Assembly (NCBI GenBank): GCA_016839585.1
Contig: JAEOTZ010000026.1
Coordinates: 19,143-83,142, forward strand
Direction: 5' to 3'
DNA length: 64,000 bases
Origin: Promethearchaeota archaeon
GTDB taxonomy: Archaea > Asgardarchaeota > Lokiarchaeia > Sigyniarchaeales > SOKP01
How positions within the stretch are numbered: the stretch's first letter is position 1; every line of letters starts with the position of its first letter. A model generated the notes under the pieces. That model did no database searches. It had not been told where the DNA came from and was given only the letters and a program-made list of their open reading frames with translations. Made by a program: the position numbers and the translations under genes. Shown piece after piece: positions 48,214 through 57,867 of this stretch.

Positions 48214-49779
48214 TTAAAATTTCTCTTGTGGCATAAACATCAAGGAATTGATTAAATCAGTTATACATTGAGCAGTAGAATGTAATTTATTTATATCAAT
48301 TTTATCTAATGTATCTTCGGCTGTAAGTAAGTAATATGGAGATCGAATCCAATGAATCACTTTTAAATTTCCTTGAGTTGCAAAATGTCCTGCCTCTCCT
48401 ATTGGAGGTGTTGCGAAAAAGTTATCTGGAATTAATATCATTCTTTCAATCTCGTATTCTTTAAATACCTTAATAGTTTGTGCCACTAAGTTTTCATTTT
48501 GTGATAAAAAAACAGCCCCCAAGGCTAAATTATCTGTTAGTTTGAAATTATGAGTCTCTTGGTCTTCTATAACTTCTTTCGAGCATAAATGCTCTAAATT
48601 TACATCAACCAACACGTTTTTGAATATTGTGTTTTTATATTTACGTGCAAAAGTTTCAGCTCCTATCCCTGCATATAGATGTCCTGCTGATAAACAAAAC
48701 AATAAAGATCTCGGTCTTTCTTTCTTAGGGATTTTTGACCAAGCTCTTAATTGAGCTAATACCATAGCTACCCCAGTTCCATCTTCTGATGCTCCTTTAA
48801 AAGCTGAATCATGATGACTGGAAATCATTATCATTTCTTCTGATTTTCCAGGCAAAATGCCCCAAATATTATGAGCTACGCTTGGTTCTTTAAATCCTTC
48901 AAGGATTATCGTACCTTGAGAATTTTCTTCCTGTGCTAATTCTCGAATTTTTATTCCGTCATATTTACCTACGTATAATGCGGGAAGAGGTTTCATAACT
49001 CCATCATAAGGACCCCAATGACTATTAATATTTGAAGAATAATCCCTTAGAATTAAGATTAATCCCAATGCTCCTCTATCGAATGCTCTCCAATAAACCG
49101 AATCTTCTCTTCTTTTTCCACCCAAAGCTTGAGGAGGAAAATTTATTAAAGCAAAAGTTAAAGTCATTTCAGTAGTTTTATCAATTGAATTTGAGGGATC
49201 AGAAACATAATATGGTTTTGCGATGTTTATTAATTTCCCAAAAGGTAAAGTTGGACATTCAATATCTGCAACTACAATCTTATCTTGGACAACTTTTTTT
49301 TTAAAGTCTTTATCTTGTCCAGTTCCAACATAGACCAATGGAGCCGTTATAGCATTATCTTTAGTAAATCCGGTATTAAGTACATAAAAGCATGGGACTT
49401 CAATTTTTTCATCTTTCGCTGATACCATTAATTTCCAGTTAGTAGCACTCCAATTTATAACATCAACTGGTTCCTTCTTAACAGATTCCAATCCTAATTC
49501 TTGAAGTTTACTCACTAAAAAATCTTCAATTTCATGAGCTTCCTTGGTTCCTATCCTCCGGTGTGGAACCTTACAAATATTTTCTAAATCCTTCTGAATA
49601 GTATCTTTAGCAGGTGCTTTTACTTCTAACTTTGGGGTTTTAATTTCAGATAAAATCTTTTCAGCTCTCTTTCTAATTTTTCTCATTTTCGGGAGTAACT
49701 TTATCAAATTAAGAAGGAATTTCTTCTTGGTCAGACGAAATTCTGTAACAGACTGGAAATTTTCTTGAATTTCATTCAT
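48214..49779 (-). CDS. M28-family peptidase with PA domain
   Basis: HRRIGT, APLVYVG, NIWGILPG, SSHHDS, GASEDGTG, NLEH, TAEDTLDKID. Confidence 0.8.
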   Translation of the reverse strand: MNEIQENFQSVTEFRLTKKKFLLNLIKLLPKMRKIRKRAEKILSEIKTPKLEVKAPAKDTIQKDLENICKVPHRRIGTKEAHEIEDFLVSKLQELGLESVKKEPVDVINWSATNWKLMVSAKDEKIEVPCFYVLNTGFTKDNAITAPLVYVGTGQDKDFKKKVVQDKIVVADIECPTLPFGKLINIAKPYYVSDPSNSIDKTTEMTLTFALINFPPQALGGKRREDSVYWRAFDRGALGLILILRDYSSNINSHWGPYDGVMKPLPALYVGKYDGIKIRELAQEENSQGTIILEGFKEPSVAHNIWGILPGKSEEMIMISSHHDSAFKGASEDGTGVAMVLAQLRAWSKIPKKERPRSLLFCLSAGHLYAGIGAETFARKYKNTIFKNVLVDVNLEHLCSKEVIEDQETHNFKLTDNLALGAVFLSQNENLVAQTIKVFKEYEIERMILIPDNFFATPPIGEAGHFATQGNLKVIHWIRSPYYLLTAEDTLDKIDINKLHSTAQCITDLINSLMFMPQEKF

Positions 49780-49924
49780 AATCTAATTAATATTTTTTTC
49801 ATAGTTATTTAAAATTAATTACAACTTTTATAATCAAGAAAATAAAAATTAATCTATTTAAATACTAAAATTTGTATGTTGATAAACAAATTTATTACAA
49901 TTATTTTATATCTAGTGAATATTA

Positions 49925-50320
49925 ATGTTTGATGATGATGAATATAATAGATGGATGAAAGAAGCTGATAATACTTACAAATCCGCTTTAATTGACAAAG
50001 AAAATAAATTTTATAACTGGTGTTGCTTTAAATGCCAGCAAGCAGCAGAGTTTGCTCTAAAAGGATTTCTATATGGATTGGGACTTACTCCTTTTGGTGA
50101 TTCCTTAACTAAACTAATTAAAGACCTTAAAGACCAGAAATATAATATTTCTGAAATATTAACTCCTAGTAAAAAATTGGATTTACATTACATCCCTTCA
50201 CGATATCCAAACGCTCACTCATCTGGTTCCCCATATGAATACCATGATGAAATTATTGCAAAAGAAGCGTTAGAAAATACTGAAATAATAATAAATTTCA
50301 TTAAAGGACTAAAGAAATGA
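49925..50320 (+). CDS. HEPN-domain protein (archaeal HEPN-MNT type)
   Basis: WCCFKCQQAAEFALKG, YIPSRYP; the usual GH[SD]L reads GDSL. Confidence 0.9.
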   Translation: MFDDDEYNRWMKEADNTYKSALIDKENKFYNWCCFKCQQAAEFALKGFLYGLGLTPFGDSLTKLIKDLKDQKYNISEILTPSKKLDLHYIPSRYPNAHSSGSPYEYHDEIIAKEALENTEIIINFIKGLKK

Positions 50321-50741
50321 AAGAAACTAAGAAATCCTTCAGAAAAGGAATAAAAAAATTCTGCAACAACGTGATTAGTACACTGAATCCGAAGTGCATT
50401 ATTTTATATGGATCTCTCGCAAGAGGAAATTTTAATCAAAGAAGCGACATTGATATAATTATTATTAGTTCAAACCTTCCAAAAGATTATTATCAAAGAG
50501 CTACTTTATTATTTGAACTAATAGAAACATTTGACCCATTGAACCTCTAGGATATACCCCATCTGAATTCATTTCAATGATTAAAAGTAGACATTGCACT
50601 AGTTTATTTGCCATGAAGGAAGGAATTCCATTATATGGTGAAGACTTTTTTATTTATTTAAAAAAGATTCATGAAGAAGTAATAAATAAGTATAAGATTG
50701 TTAAGGGGCATTCTACGTGGACCCCACAATCAATTGAGTAA
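50317..50741 (+). pseudogene. Minimal nucleotidyltransferase interrupted by a single-base frameshift
   Basis: LYGSLARG-x6-SDIDI in 50317..50550. The -1 frame from about 50535 continues IEPLGYTPSEF...AMKEGIPLYG to TAA at 50741. Confidence 0.8.
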
Positions 50742-50863
50742 AATTATGGTCATTTAAAGCTAAAAAGCATAAGTATACTCTTTTCCATTACATTTATATT
50801 TGACTTGATCAGTATTACCATTATTATTATTTTAAAAAGCAGAAAAGTGGAAATTAATTTAAT

Positions 50864-51583
50864 TTACCAGATATATGGAACCAATTTATAACGTGTTTGC
50901 TTTGCATATTCTTCATAACCTGGTAATTCCATTTTAAGTGTTCTATCCTCTAATGCGGTTCGTACAATAAATATAAGAACTATTATACCAATAGGTACAA
51001 ATCCCCAAACTGAGCCAAGTATGAACGGAGTTGAGATTAGGTTTAGTATTTCACCAGCATATCCGGGATGCCTAATTAGTTTATAAGGTCCAGAAGTGAT
51101 TACTTTATGATCTCTTTCCTTTTGGATACGAACAGTCAATTCAAAATAAGGATTATATAACATTGCCCAAAGACCAAGAATTAACCCTGGAATTGTTATA
51201 ATTATGCCTATAATGAGTGTCCAAGAGGGCATTGACGACCATTGATATCTAACTGCATCCCATGCCATAATCACCATACTTATAAGTACTAAAGGCATCC
51301 ATAGGACATAAAACACTCTATCAAATGGTTTTGTTCCTTTTTTTACCAATTTTCCTCTTTCGTTAAGCATTTCTGGATTCTTTATGCCTAAGACGATGAA
51401 AATAAATGTTGTATACACCATAGACAAAGAAAAATATACCCAAGCATTCAACCAATCAAGCTTTCCCGAAAAAATTAACAAAGCTATGAAAGATACAAGT
51501 ACCATTAAATACCAAATTACAATTCCTTTTACTCCATAACAATTGAGTTTTGGCTTTATTACATTTTTTTCTCTAATTGTCAT
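50864..51583 (-). CDS. Isoprenylcysteine carboxyl methyltransferase/PEMT-family membrane protein
   Basis: NPYF...VRIQ..RDHKVITSGPYKLIRHPGYAG, RTALEDRTL..ELPGYEEY; likely start MTIREK at 51583. Confidence 0.92.
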   Translation of the reverse strand: MTIREKNVIKPKLNCYGVKGIVIWYLMVLVSFIALLIFSGKLDWLNAWVYFSLSMVYTTFIFIVLGIKNPEMLNERGKLVKKGTKPFDRVFYVLWMPLVLISMVIMAWDAVRYQWSSMPSWTLIIGIIITIPGLILGLWAMLYNPYFELTVRIQKERDHKVITSGPYKLIRHPGYAGEILNLISTPFILGSVWGFVPIGIIVLIFIVRTALEDRTLKMELPGYEEYAKQTRYKLVPYIW

Positions 51584-51632
51584 TAGTTTGCAAACATTTA
51601 GAAATGTTAACAAATTACAATAAAAAATCTCT

Positions 51633-52556
51633 TTAAGGATTATAATTAGGGGTTCTAACTCCAAGTTCCTCTAATAATGGAAATAAAAAATCATTATAAA
51701 ACTCTTTTAAAGGCAGCAAATTCCCTAAATATAAGTGTAAAAACTCTTGAATTTCATATTTAATTTTATCAATATCAATAAAGGAATATTCCGATTCAAT
51801 CTTAATCTTATCCAAATTTAGTGGTTTTAATTGCTTGATTACTAAATGATACATAAATTGAGTAAAAGTCCTTTCCACTAAATTTTCTTCCTCTTCATTT
51901 AGTTCATAAACTTCATGAGCTATTTTATTTCTTAATTCTTCTACTTTTTTAATTAATAATTCCAGACTTTTTGGTAAATTTAATTCCTCTATTTTCTGAC
52001 CCAATGTTTTATTATTATAATCATTAACTTGGGAGTCTAAATAGTCTACTAAAGTTGAATAAAAGTGTATTAAGAATTTGAATGAGTCAATAGATTTATC
52101 ACCTTTCCATGTACTATAGGAACTTCCCCATTGGGCAAAATTCACTTCATCTAAAGCATTTTTAATATTTTTTTTAATAGCATCAACTTTTTCTATAAAA
52201 TAATCTGAATAATCCATAAAGGGTTTCTCACGTGGGTCAAACTTATATTTATATGATTTCCCAAATTCCTTAAATGACCCCCATTTTTTTATACGAGAGG
52301 GTTCTTCTACTATTTCTTTTCTACCAATTTCTGCTGCAAATTTTATCAGATATCCACATTGAGGACAATATGTTACAAATGAACCTCGGATTGAGGTGAA
52401 TGGCTTAACTTCAAGCTGATGAGAGCCTTTTGGAAATTCTACAAGCTCTCCTTTGGATTCTATCTGATCAAAATTAGTTTTTTCAAAATGAAAAGACTCT
52501 GGAATAAATTTAGAACTACATACCGGACATTTAACTTTTTCTCTCTTCTGTTTCAT
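51633..52556 (-). CDS. Zinc-ribbon protein with C-terminal HEPN-like (RxxxxH) domain
   Basis: CPVC...CPQC; TLGQKI...LRNKIAH in a helical context. Confidence 0.65.
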   Translation of the reverse strand: MKQKREKVKCPVCSSKFIPESFHFEKTNFDQIESKGELVEFPKGSHQLEVKPFTSIRGSFVTYCPQCGYLIKFAAEIGRKEIVEEPSRIKKWGSFKEFGKSYKYKFDPREKPFMDYSDYFIEKVDAIKKNIKNALDEVNFAQWGSSYSTWKGDKSIDSFKFLIHFYSTLVDYLDSQVNDYNNKTLGQKIEELNLPKSLELLIKKVEELRNKIAHEVYELNEEEENLVERTFTQFMYHLVIKQLKPLNLDKIKIESEYSFIDIDKIKYEIQEFLHLYLGNLLPLKEFYNDFLFPLLEELGVRTPNYNP

Positions 52557-52705
52557 ATTATTTCGCTATGTTTTTTTTTAACAGAAAACCAAGTTACCAA
52601 ATAGTAAAGCTTTATATTTTAGGTTTATTGAAAAGTGTTCCACTTTTTTTAAAAATTAATCGAAAAAGTATTTTTTAATCAGGTGTAATATAGTCTTGAT
52701 ACTTA

Positions 52706-53125
52706 TTAATATTGTTTTAAGAAATTTAAAATCTCATCTTTAAAGAGGCTAAAATCAGGAAGCCCCTTTCTAATATCTTTAAAAGCAATTACGTCATCTA
52801 TTTTTCCATAACGATGTACTAAAAAATTCCGAAATCCCTTCAATTCCTTAATTTTATCGCCCATTTGTCTTGATAAAATATTATTATCCATTAATGCAAT
52901 GATGATATCATCTCTATTTGAAGGAATACCTAATTTTAAATCAGAATTAATTATTGAGCATATACTAATAATTTCTTGAATTGATACTTCAATCTTCTTA
53001 TAAATCCCATCCTTAACTAAACCTAAAGCTTTAAATTTCTCTATATTTTCAGGAAGATTTTTTTTTACTAAATCAATATATTCTTCAATACTTTTAAGTT
53101 TGGATTTAATGATATCTTTTCTCAA
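52706..53125 (-). CDS. hepT: HepT/DUF86 HEPN ribonuclease toxin
   Basis: GFRNFLVHRYGKID (RX4HXY); TTG start at 53125 follows GGTGA. Confidence 0.9.
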   Translation of the reverse strand: MRKDIIKSKLKSIEEYIDLVKKNLPENIEKFKALGLVKDGIYKKIEVSIQEIISICSIINSDLKLGIPSNRDDIIIALMDNNILSRQMGDKIKELKGFRNFLVHRYGKIDDVIAFKDIRKGLPDFSLFKDEILNFLKQY

Positions 53126-53130
53126 TGAAA

Positions 53131-53514
53131 TCACCGATTAATATAATCTAAATAAAATGGATAAAATTCTTCATATTCATCAATAGTTTCATTAGCAATT
53201 TTATATAACGTTGAGTCTTCTCTCACATAAAGAACTTCGCCTTTTAATACCTCAATTTGAACATATAACGGAAGTAATTGAAATATTTGGATGTCGAATT
53301 TGTCATTGAATTCTTTTAATAATTCTAAACGTATTTCTGGGAGTTTTATCTTCTCTTCATTAATATATAAACAGATATCGATATCACTATCTTCTAAATG
53401 ATATTCACTCAGAGAAGAACCATATAAAATAGCAAACTCGATTTTGGAAAAATACTTAATATTTTTTAATTCTTTTAAAAATTTTTTAATTAACTGTTTA
53501 TCCTCTCTTTTCAT
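53131..53514 (-). CDS. mntA: MntA-like minimal nucleotidyltransferase antitoxin
   Basis: LYGS-x10-DIDI, DIQIFQLLPLY, GEVLY; directly upstream of hepT. Confidence 0.88.
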   Translation of the reverse strand: MKREDKQLIKKFLKELKNIKYFSKIEFAILYGSSLSEYHLEDSDIDICLYINEEKIKLPEIRLELLKEFNDKFDIQIFQLLPLYVQIEVLKGEVLYVREDSTLYKIANETIDEYEEFYPFYLDYINR

Positions 53515-53801
53515 ATTAACATTATATCTTAATTAAAATATATAATCATCGATATTGATTAAATAAAGCTGATTTCTAGATAAACTAAAAAATTAATCTT
53601 CCACCTAATAGTATTACATCTAAGAACTTAACATTATGTATGTTATTCGACAAAATCAAGATAATTTTTTTATTTGAATAAGTCTTATTCATTAAGGAAA
53701 ATCAAAATTTTAATATTATTTTAAGACATACAATATATTTATTTTAGGAAATTATTAGAACAAAGCTTCTTTTTAAATTTAAAATTAAGAAGAAAATAAA
53801 G

Positions 53802-54611
53802 ATGTCAATAGTAGGAATTGATTATACTAAATGTACAAATTGCGGATTATGTGTAAGGGTATGTCCGAGAAGATATAGTGAAGATAAAGAACAAGAGAAA
53901 ATTATCTTTAAAGATGCTTTTGGATCTTGTTCGTTATGTGGTCATTGTATTGCAATATGCCCACAAGAAGCAATCCTATATGAAAATTTAGGAGATGACC
54001 CTTATACATTTGATGGAATAGCAAATTTACCAAATTATATACCATATGAAAAAATGTATAACTTTCTACGCGCAAATCGTTCAATTAGAAATTATAAACA
54101 AAAAAAGGTACCTGAAGATATATTACAAAAAGTTATTAGAGCAATGGAATGTGCTCCTACTGCTGCAAATCTAAGAGGGGAGAAATTTGTAATTTTGTCT
54201 GACCCAGAACAATTAAAAGCTTTATCTGATGCCATTATAGAAGAGCTTCTCAAAAATCCATCAACCAGGTCACATTTTGCTGAATCATTTGAAATTAGAA
54301 AAAAGATTTATAACTATCCTCTTTATTATGATGCACCACATATAATTATCGTATATTCCAAAGGTAAAACTACTTTTGAACATTTTAATATTGGGAATAT
54401 AATTACCTATGGACAATTAGCTGCTCAAGTACTTGGTCTAGGCACGTGTTGGAATGGTTGGACGCAAATTGCTTTTGAGTTTAATCCTAAATTAACAAAA
54501 CTAGCAGGTATCAGAGGTAGAAGCTGGGGTGTCATGACAATCGGTTATCCTGATATCAAATATCTACGTTGCCCTCCCCGCTCTCGTAAAAAAGTAAAAG
54601 GATTAATTTAG
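53802..54611 (+). CDS. Nitroreductase with N-terminal 2x[4Fe-4S] domain (paralog of 35995..36798)
   Basis: CTNCGLCVRVCP, CSLCGHCIAICP, NRSIRNY, LGLGTCWNG. Confidence 0.92.
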   Translation: MSIVGIDYTKCTNCGLCVRVCPRRYSEDKEQEKIIFKDAFGSCSLCGHCIAICPQEAILYENLGDDPYTFDGIANLPNYIPYEKMYNFLRANRSIRNYKQKKVPEDILQKVIRAMECAPTAANLRGEKFVILSDPEQLKALSDAIIEELLKNPSTRSHFAESFEIRKKIYNYPLYYDAPHIIIVYSKGKTTFEHFNIGNIITYGQLAAQVLGLGTCWNGWTQIAFEFNPKLTKLAGIRGRSWGVMTIGYPDIKYLRCPPRSRKKVKGLI

Positions 54612-54727
54612 CAAGTTACTACAATATAGGCATATAGAATTTATGGGATATAAACTATAACAATAAGGTATATTTTCTTTAAACTATTAAATAAAATTCA
54701 TAACTACAAAATAAATATCTTAATCAG

Positions 54728-55375
54728 ATGCCAAGCAGTATATTATCTCACCAAGCCCCGGGATTGATATTAAAGGTAAAATATCCAAATAAATTTGATG
54801 GAACAGCTTTATGCATCAGTACATTAGTTCCTGATGTCAATATAATTTTTGACCCGTTTTTATCGTTCACATTTAGAAATATTACTCATAGTCTATTGGG
54901 GTTAGTATTAATTACCTTACCCTTAACACTTATTTTAACAATGATATTTTGTACATATATTGGTCCATTTTACGCTAACCTTGCAAAGAGAAATGGAATT
55001 TTTGCTAAACCTTTAAAATATTTTGGTATAGATCAATGGGTTAACTTAAAGAAAAAAAAATATAATGGAAGATTTTTTATTGTTGCATCTTATTCTGCAT
55101 TGATAGGAGGATTAACACATCTTTTACTCGATCTCCCCGCGCATGAAACTATAGAGATCTTTTTTCCGATAATTATGCAATCTCCAGATTTTTTACTTTA
55201 TTCTATAAAAGATTATGGTACTATTAATATGGGGCACACCCAAATAGACGCTGATTTGACGGTATATCAACTTATATGGTTTATTGAAACCTTAATTACG
55301 GCTGTTATAGCCATTTATCTTCTTAGATATATTAAAAAGCATAATTTAATTAATAAATGGTATAAAGAAACCTGA
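54728..55375 (+). CDS. DUF4184-like membrane protein (membrane metal-dependent hydrolase clan)
   Basis: LSH, VPD, THS, THLLLD...H. Confidence 0.75.
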   Translation: MPSSILSHQAPGLILKVKYPNKFDGTALCISTLVPDVNIIFDPFLSFTFRNITHSLLGLVLITLPLTLILTMIFCTYIGPFYANLAKRNGIFAKPLKYFGIDQWVNLKKKKYNGRFFIVASYSALIGGLTHLLLDLPAHETIEIFFPIIMQSPDFLLYSIKDYGTINMGHTQIDADLTVYQLIWFIETLITAVIAIYLLRYIKKHNLINKWYKET

Positions 55376-55497
55376 CTTTTGTTTCTTTCCAATTTAATCA
55401 ATAAAAAATATTATATGTCTATTCATAATCTTTTTACATAAAAATCTATATATGTTTGATGAAAAAAATTTAGAAAAAAAATTATTAGTGATGTGGA

Positions 55498-55722
55498 ATG
55501 AAAAAGAAGAATGTAGGATTTATTTTGTTTGGAGTAGCAGGCGGGGAACTTCTGTCAATTCTTTATTTGCTCACCGTAATTCCTTATTTTCAAAAACGGG
55601 CGGATATACCAACAAAGATAACGAAAATTTCGATAATTTCAGGATTAATTACTAGTATAGTAGTCAGTATTGTTCTTGTTTGTGTGGGATTGATATTACT
55701 AATAAAATATCGCAAAGAATAA
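55498..55722 (+). CDS. Small two-TM hypothetical protein
   Basis: MKKK, two hydrophobic helices and a basic tail. Confidence 0.55.
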   Translation: MKKKNVGFILFGVAGGELLSILYLLTVIPYFQKRADIPTKITKISIISGLITSIVVSIVLVCVGLILLIKYRKE

Positions 55723-55771
55723 TCGTGATAATGATATAAATATTAAAAATTGAAATAGGAGGAATAAAATA

Positions 55772-56155
55772 TTGAAAGATTTAACTATTATTTTAAAAAA
55801 TCAACCGGGAATGTTAGCTGATCTGGGGGAGACCCTAGGCAAAAACGGCATCAATATGGAAGGACTTTGTGGATTTCCCTTAAAAAATGAAGGTATTATT
55901 CATCTTTTAGTAGAAGATGAAACCACGACTCGCTGGGTACTCGAAGATGCTGGTTTTGATGTACGTGCTGTGCGCGAAGTATTAGTTCTGGATATTGGTA
56001 ATATTACAGGAAAACCGGGCACAGGAGGGAAAATGGCACGTAAAATAGGTAATGTTGGTGTTAATATTGACCTAATCTACCTTGCCGAGAATAACAGAAT
56101 AGTTCTCGGAGTTGATGATATGGACAAAGCACGTTCTGCTTTGGGGTTAGAATGA
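55772..56155 (+). CDS. Tandem ACT-domain protein
   Basis: NQPGMLA...LGKNGINM and KPG...IGNVGVNIDLIY; GGAGG ribosome-binding site. Confidence 0.9.
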   Translation: MKDLTIILKNQPGMLADLGETLGKNGINMEGLCGFPLKNEGIIHLLVEDETTTRWVLEDAGFDVRAVREVLVLDIGNITGKPGTGGKMARKIGNVGVNIDLIYLAENNRIVLGVDDMDKARSALGLE

Positions 56156-56306
56156 GAGAGATGAGAGCAGTCCTCGATTAAATTAGTTCTATTATAGTTA
56201 TAATAACTAAGAAACCTTTTTCTTTATCTTTTTTGTCTAGGTTTTATACAAACGTATTACTAAAATTTTTAATTCTTTTTTATTTAAAGTATTTAGTGAT
56301 AAAACA

Positions 56307-56750
56307 ATGAGTTGGAGAGATATTAGACCAGTTGCTATATGCTTGTTCTACTATAATGAAAAAATTCTTGTTTTCAAAGGATATGATAAAGGAAAGGATA
56401 AATTCTTTTATAGACCTTTAGGAGGATCAATAGAATTTGGTGAATATGGGGAACAAGCGGTAAGAAGAGAAATTCGAGAGGAAATCCAAGCTGAAATTAA
56501 AGATGTAAAGTTTTTATCAATGTTTGAGAACGTTTTTACGTATGAGGGAAAGATAGCTCATGAGATTGTACTGGTTTTTGATGGAACCTTGGTTGATAGT
56601 TCTTTATATGAAAAAACTCTTATAGTCCAAGAGGATGATGAGAATCAAACTAAATATAACGCTTATTGGAAGAGTTTAAAGGAAATAAAAAAAGAAAATC
56701 GACCTTTATATCCTGAAGGATTATATGATTTTATTGAAAAATATTATTAA
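56307..56750 (+). CDS. NUDIX hydrolase
   Basis: GGSIEFGEYGEQAVRREIREEI Nudix box. Confidence 0.95.
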   Translation: MSWRDIRPVAICLFYYNEKILVFKGYDKGKDKFFYRPLGGSIEFGEYGEQAVRREIREEIQAEIKDVKFLSMFENVFTYEGKIAHEIVLVFDGTLVDSSLYEKTLIVQEDDENQTKYNAYWKSLKEIKKENRPLYPEGLYDFIEKYY

Positions 56751-56845
56751 AATCATTTTAACAAAATTGTAAATATTTAAATTTTAATTTATCCTATTTT
56801 TCATTACAATCCAATTTAATACAAAACAAAAATAAGGTGTAAAAA

Positions 56846-57169
56846 ATGGCTTTAATTGTTGCTACAGTAATATTTCCTCATGGAAAATCTAGTGAGGTGG
56901 CAAAAAAAAATATTGAAATGATTCAAAAATACCCTCCTGATCCCTCTATCGGAAAAAACCTTGCAATAGGAGTCAAAGCAACTATAGATGGAATGAAAGT
57001 CTTAGCCGTTGGGGAAGCTAAAAAAGGCAAAGTTGAAGAGTTTATTGCACGACTTGCTACACAATATCAAGAATATACCTACTTGGAAGGTTTTAAATAT
57101 CAAATAGACACTTATTTAGAAGTGGCAGAAGCGTATAAGGCTTTATCAATGGAGCCACCTCCAGAATAA
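56846..57169 (+). CDS. Conserved hypothetical protein (paralog of 43820..44146)
   Basis: Full-length similarity to 43820..44146; AAGGTG ribosome-binding site. Confidence 0.85.
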   Translation: MALIVATVIFPHGKSSEVAKKNIEMIQKYPPDPSIGKNLAIGVKATIDGMKVLAVGEAKKGKVEEFIARLATQYQEYTYLEGFKYQIDTYLEVAEAYKALSMEPPPE

Positions 57170-57220
57170 TAAAATAATAAATCTTTTTTTTTAGTTTTTT
57201 TCTTTCATTAGAAATAGAAT

Positions 57221-57760
57221 TTATACTTGAATAAAGATACTTAGAAATCTTTTACCTATTTTTAATAATCCAGTCTTTATGAATTCTTTTTTTGAAATTT
57301 CTCCGTCTTTGCATCTTTGCCACGCATTCTTTAAAATTACCCAATCAGAACCTAAATTTTCTTTCATATAAACTTCAATATTGTCGATTTGTTCCATAAT
57401 AAGTTCGATCATAGATGCAACTTCAGAAACCTTCAGTTTAATCTCTTTCGTATCCGCCCCTATTTCAGATAGTTGAGAGTCCATCTTTTCCAATTTTGTA
57501 TAGAGCTTTTTATAACGCTTATACTTAGGATCACTCTTCTTTATATTCTTCATCATCCTTTTCCATGAAGCTTTTATTTTTTTCAAATTATTTTGAAAAT
57601 TTTTATCAACTTTTACGAAGAATTCTCCCGATTTTTCAGAAAATCCTTTAAAGCTCTTTTTCAAGTCAAGAAAAAATTGGCTGAATGAGTTTTTTTTCTT
57701 TTTCTTTCGGACTAAAAGGGTATCATTTTGAGTTGATTCATCATTTTTAGAATTTTCCAT
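57221..57760 (-). CDS. Basic amphipathic/coiled-coil hypothetical protein
   Basis: All-helical pattern with a long heptad repeat; likely start MENSK at 57760. Confidence 0.75.
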   Translation of the reverse strand: MENSKNDESTQNDTLLVRKKKKKNSFSQFFLDLKKSFKGFSEKSGEFFVKVDKNFQNNLKKIKASWKRMMKNIKKSDPKYKRYKKLYTKLEKMDSQLSEIGADTKEIKLKVSEVASMIELIMEQIDNIEVYMKENLGSDWVILKNAWQRCKDGEISKKEFIKTGLLKIGKRFLSIFIQV

Positions 57761-57867
57761 ATTTGATTTCACTCTTAGGAATTCTATCCTAACTATCACA
57801 TAAATTAAATAAGAATTTAAAATTATTCATAAATAATTTCTATCTTTATTTATCGTGGTATATTATT

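Noticed and set aside
55452-55655. Alternative overlapping ORF to 55498..55722
   Set aside because: It has no recognisable features, and the other frame gives a coherent two-TM protein.
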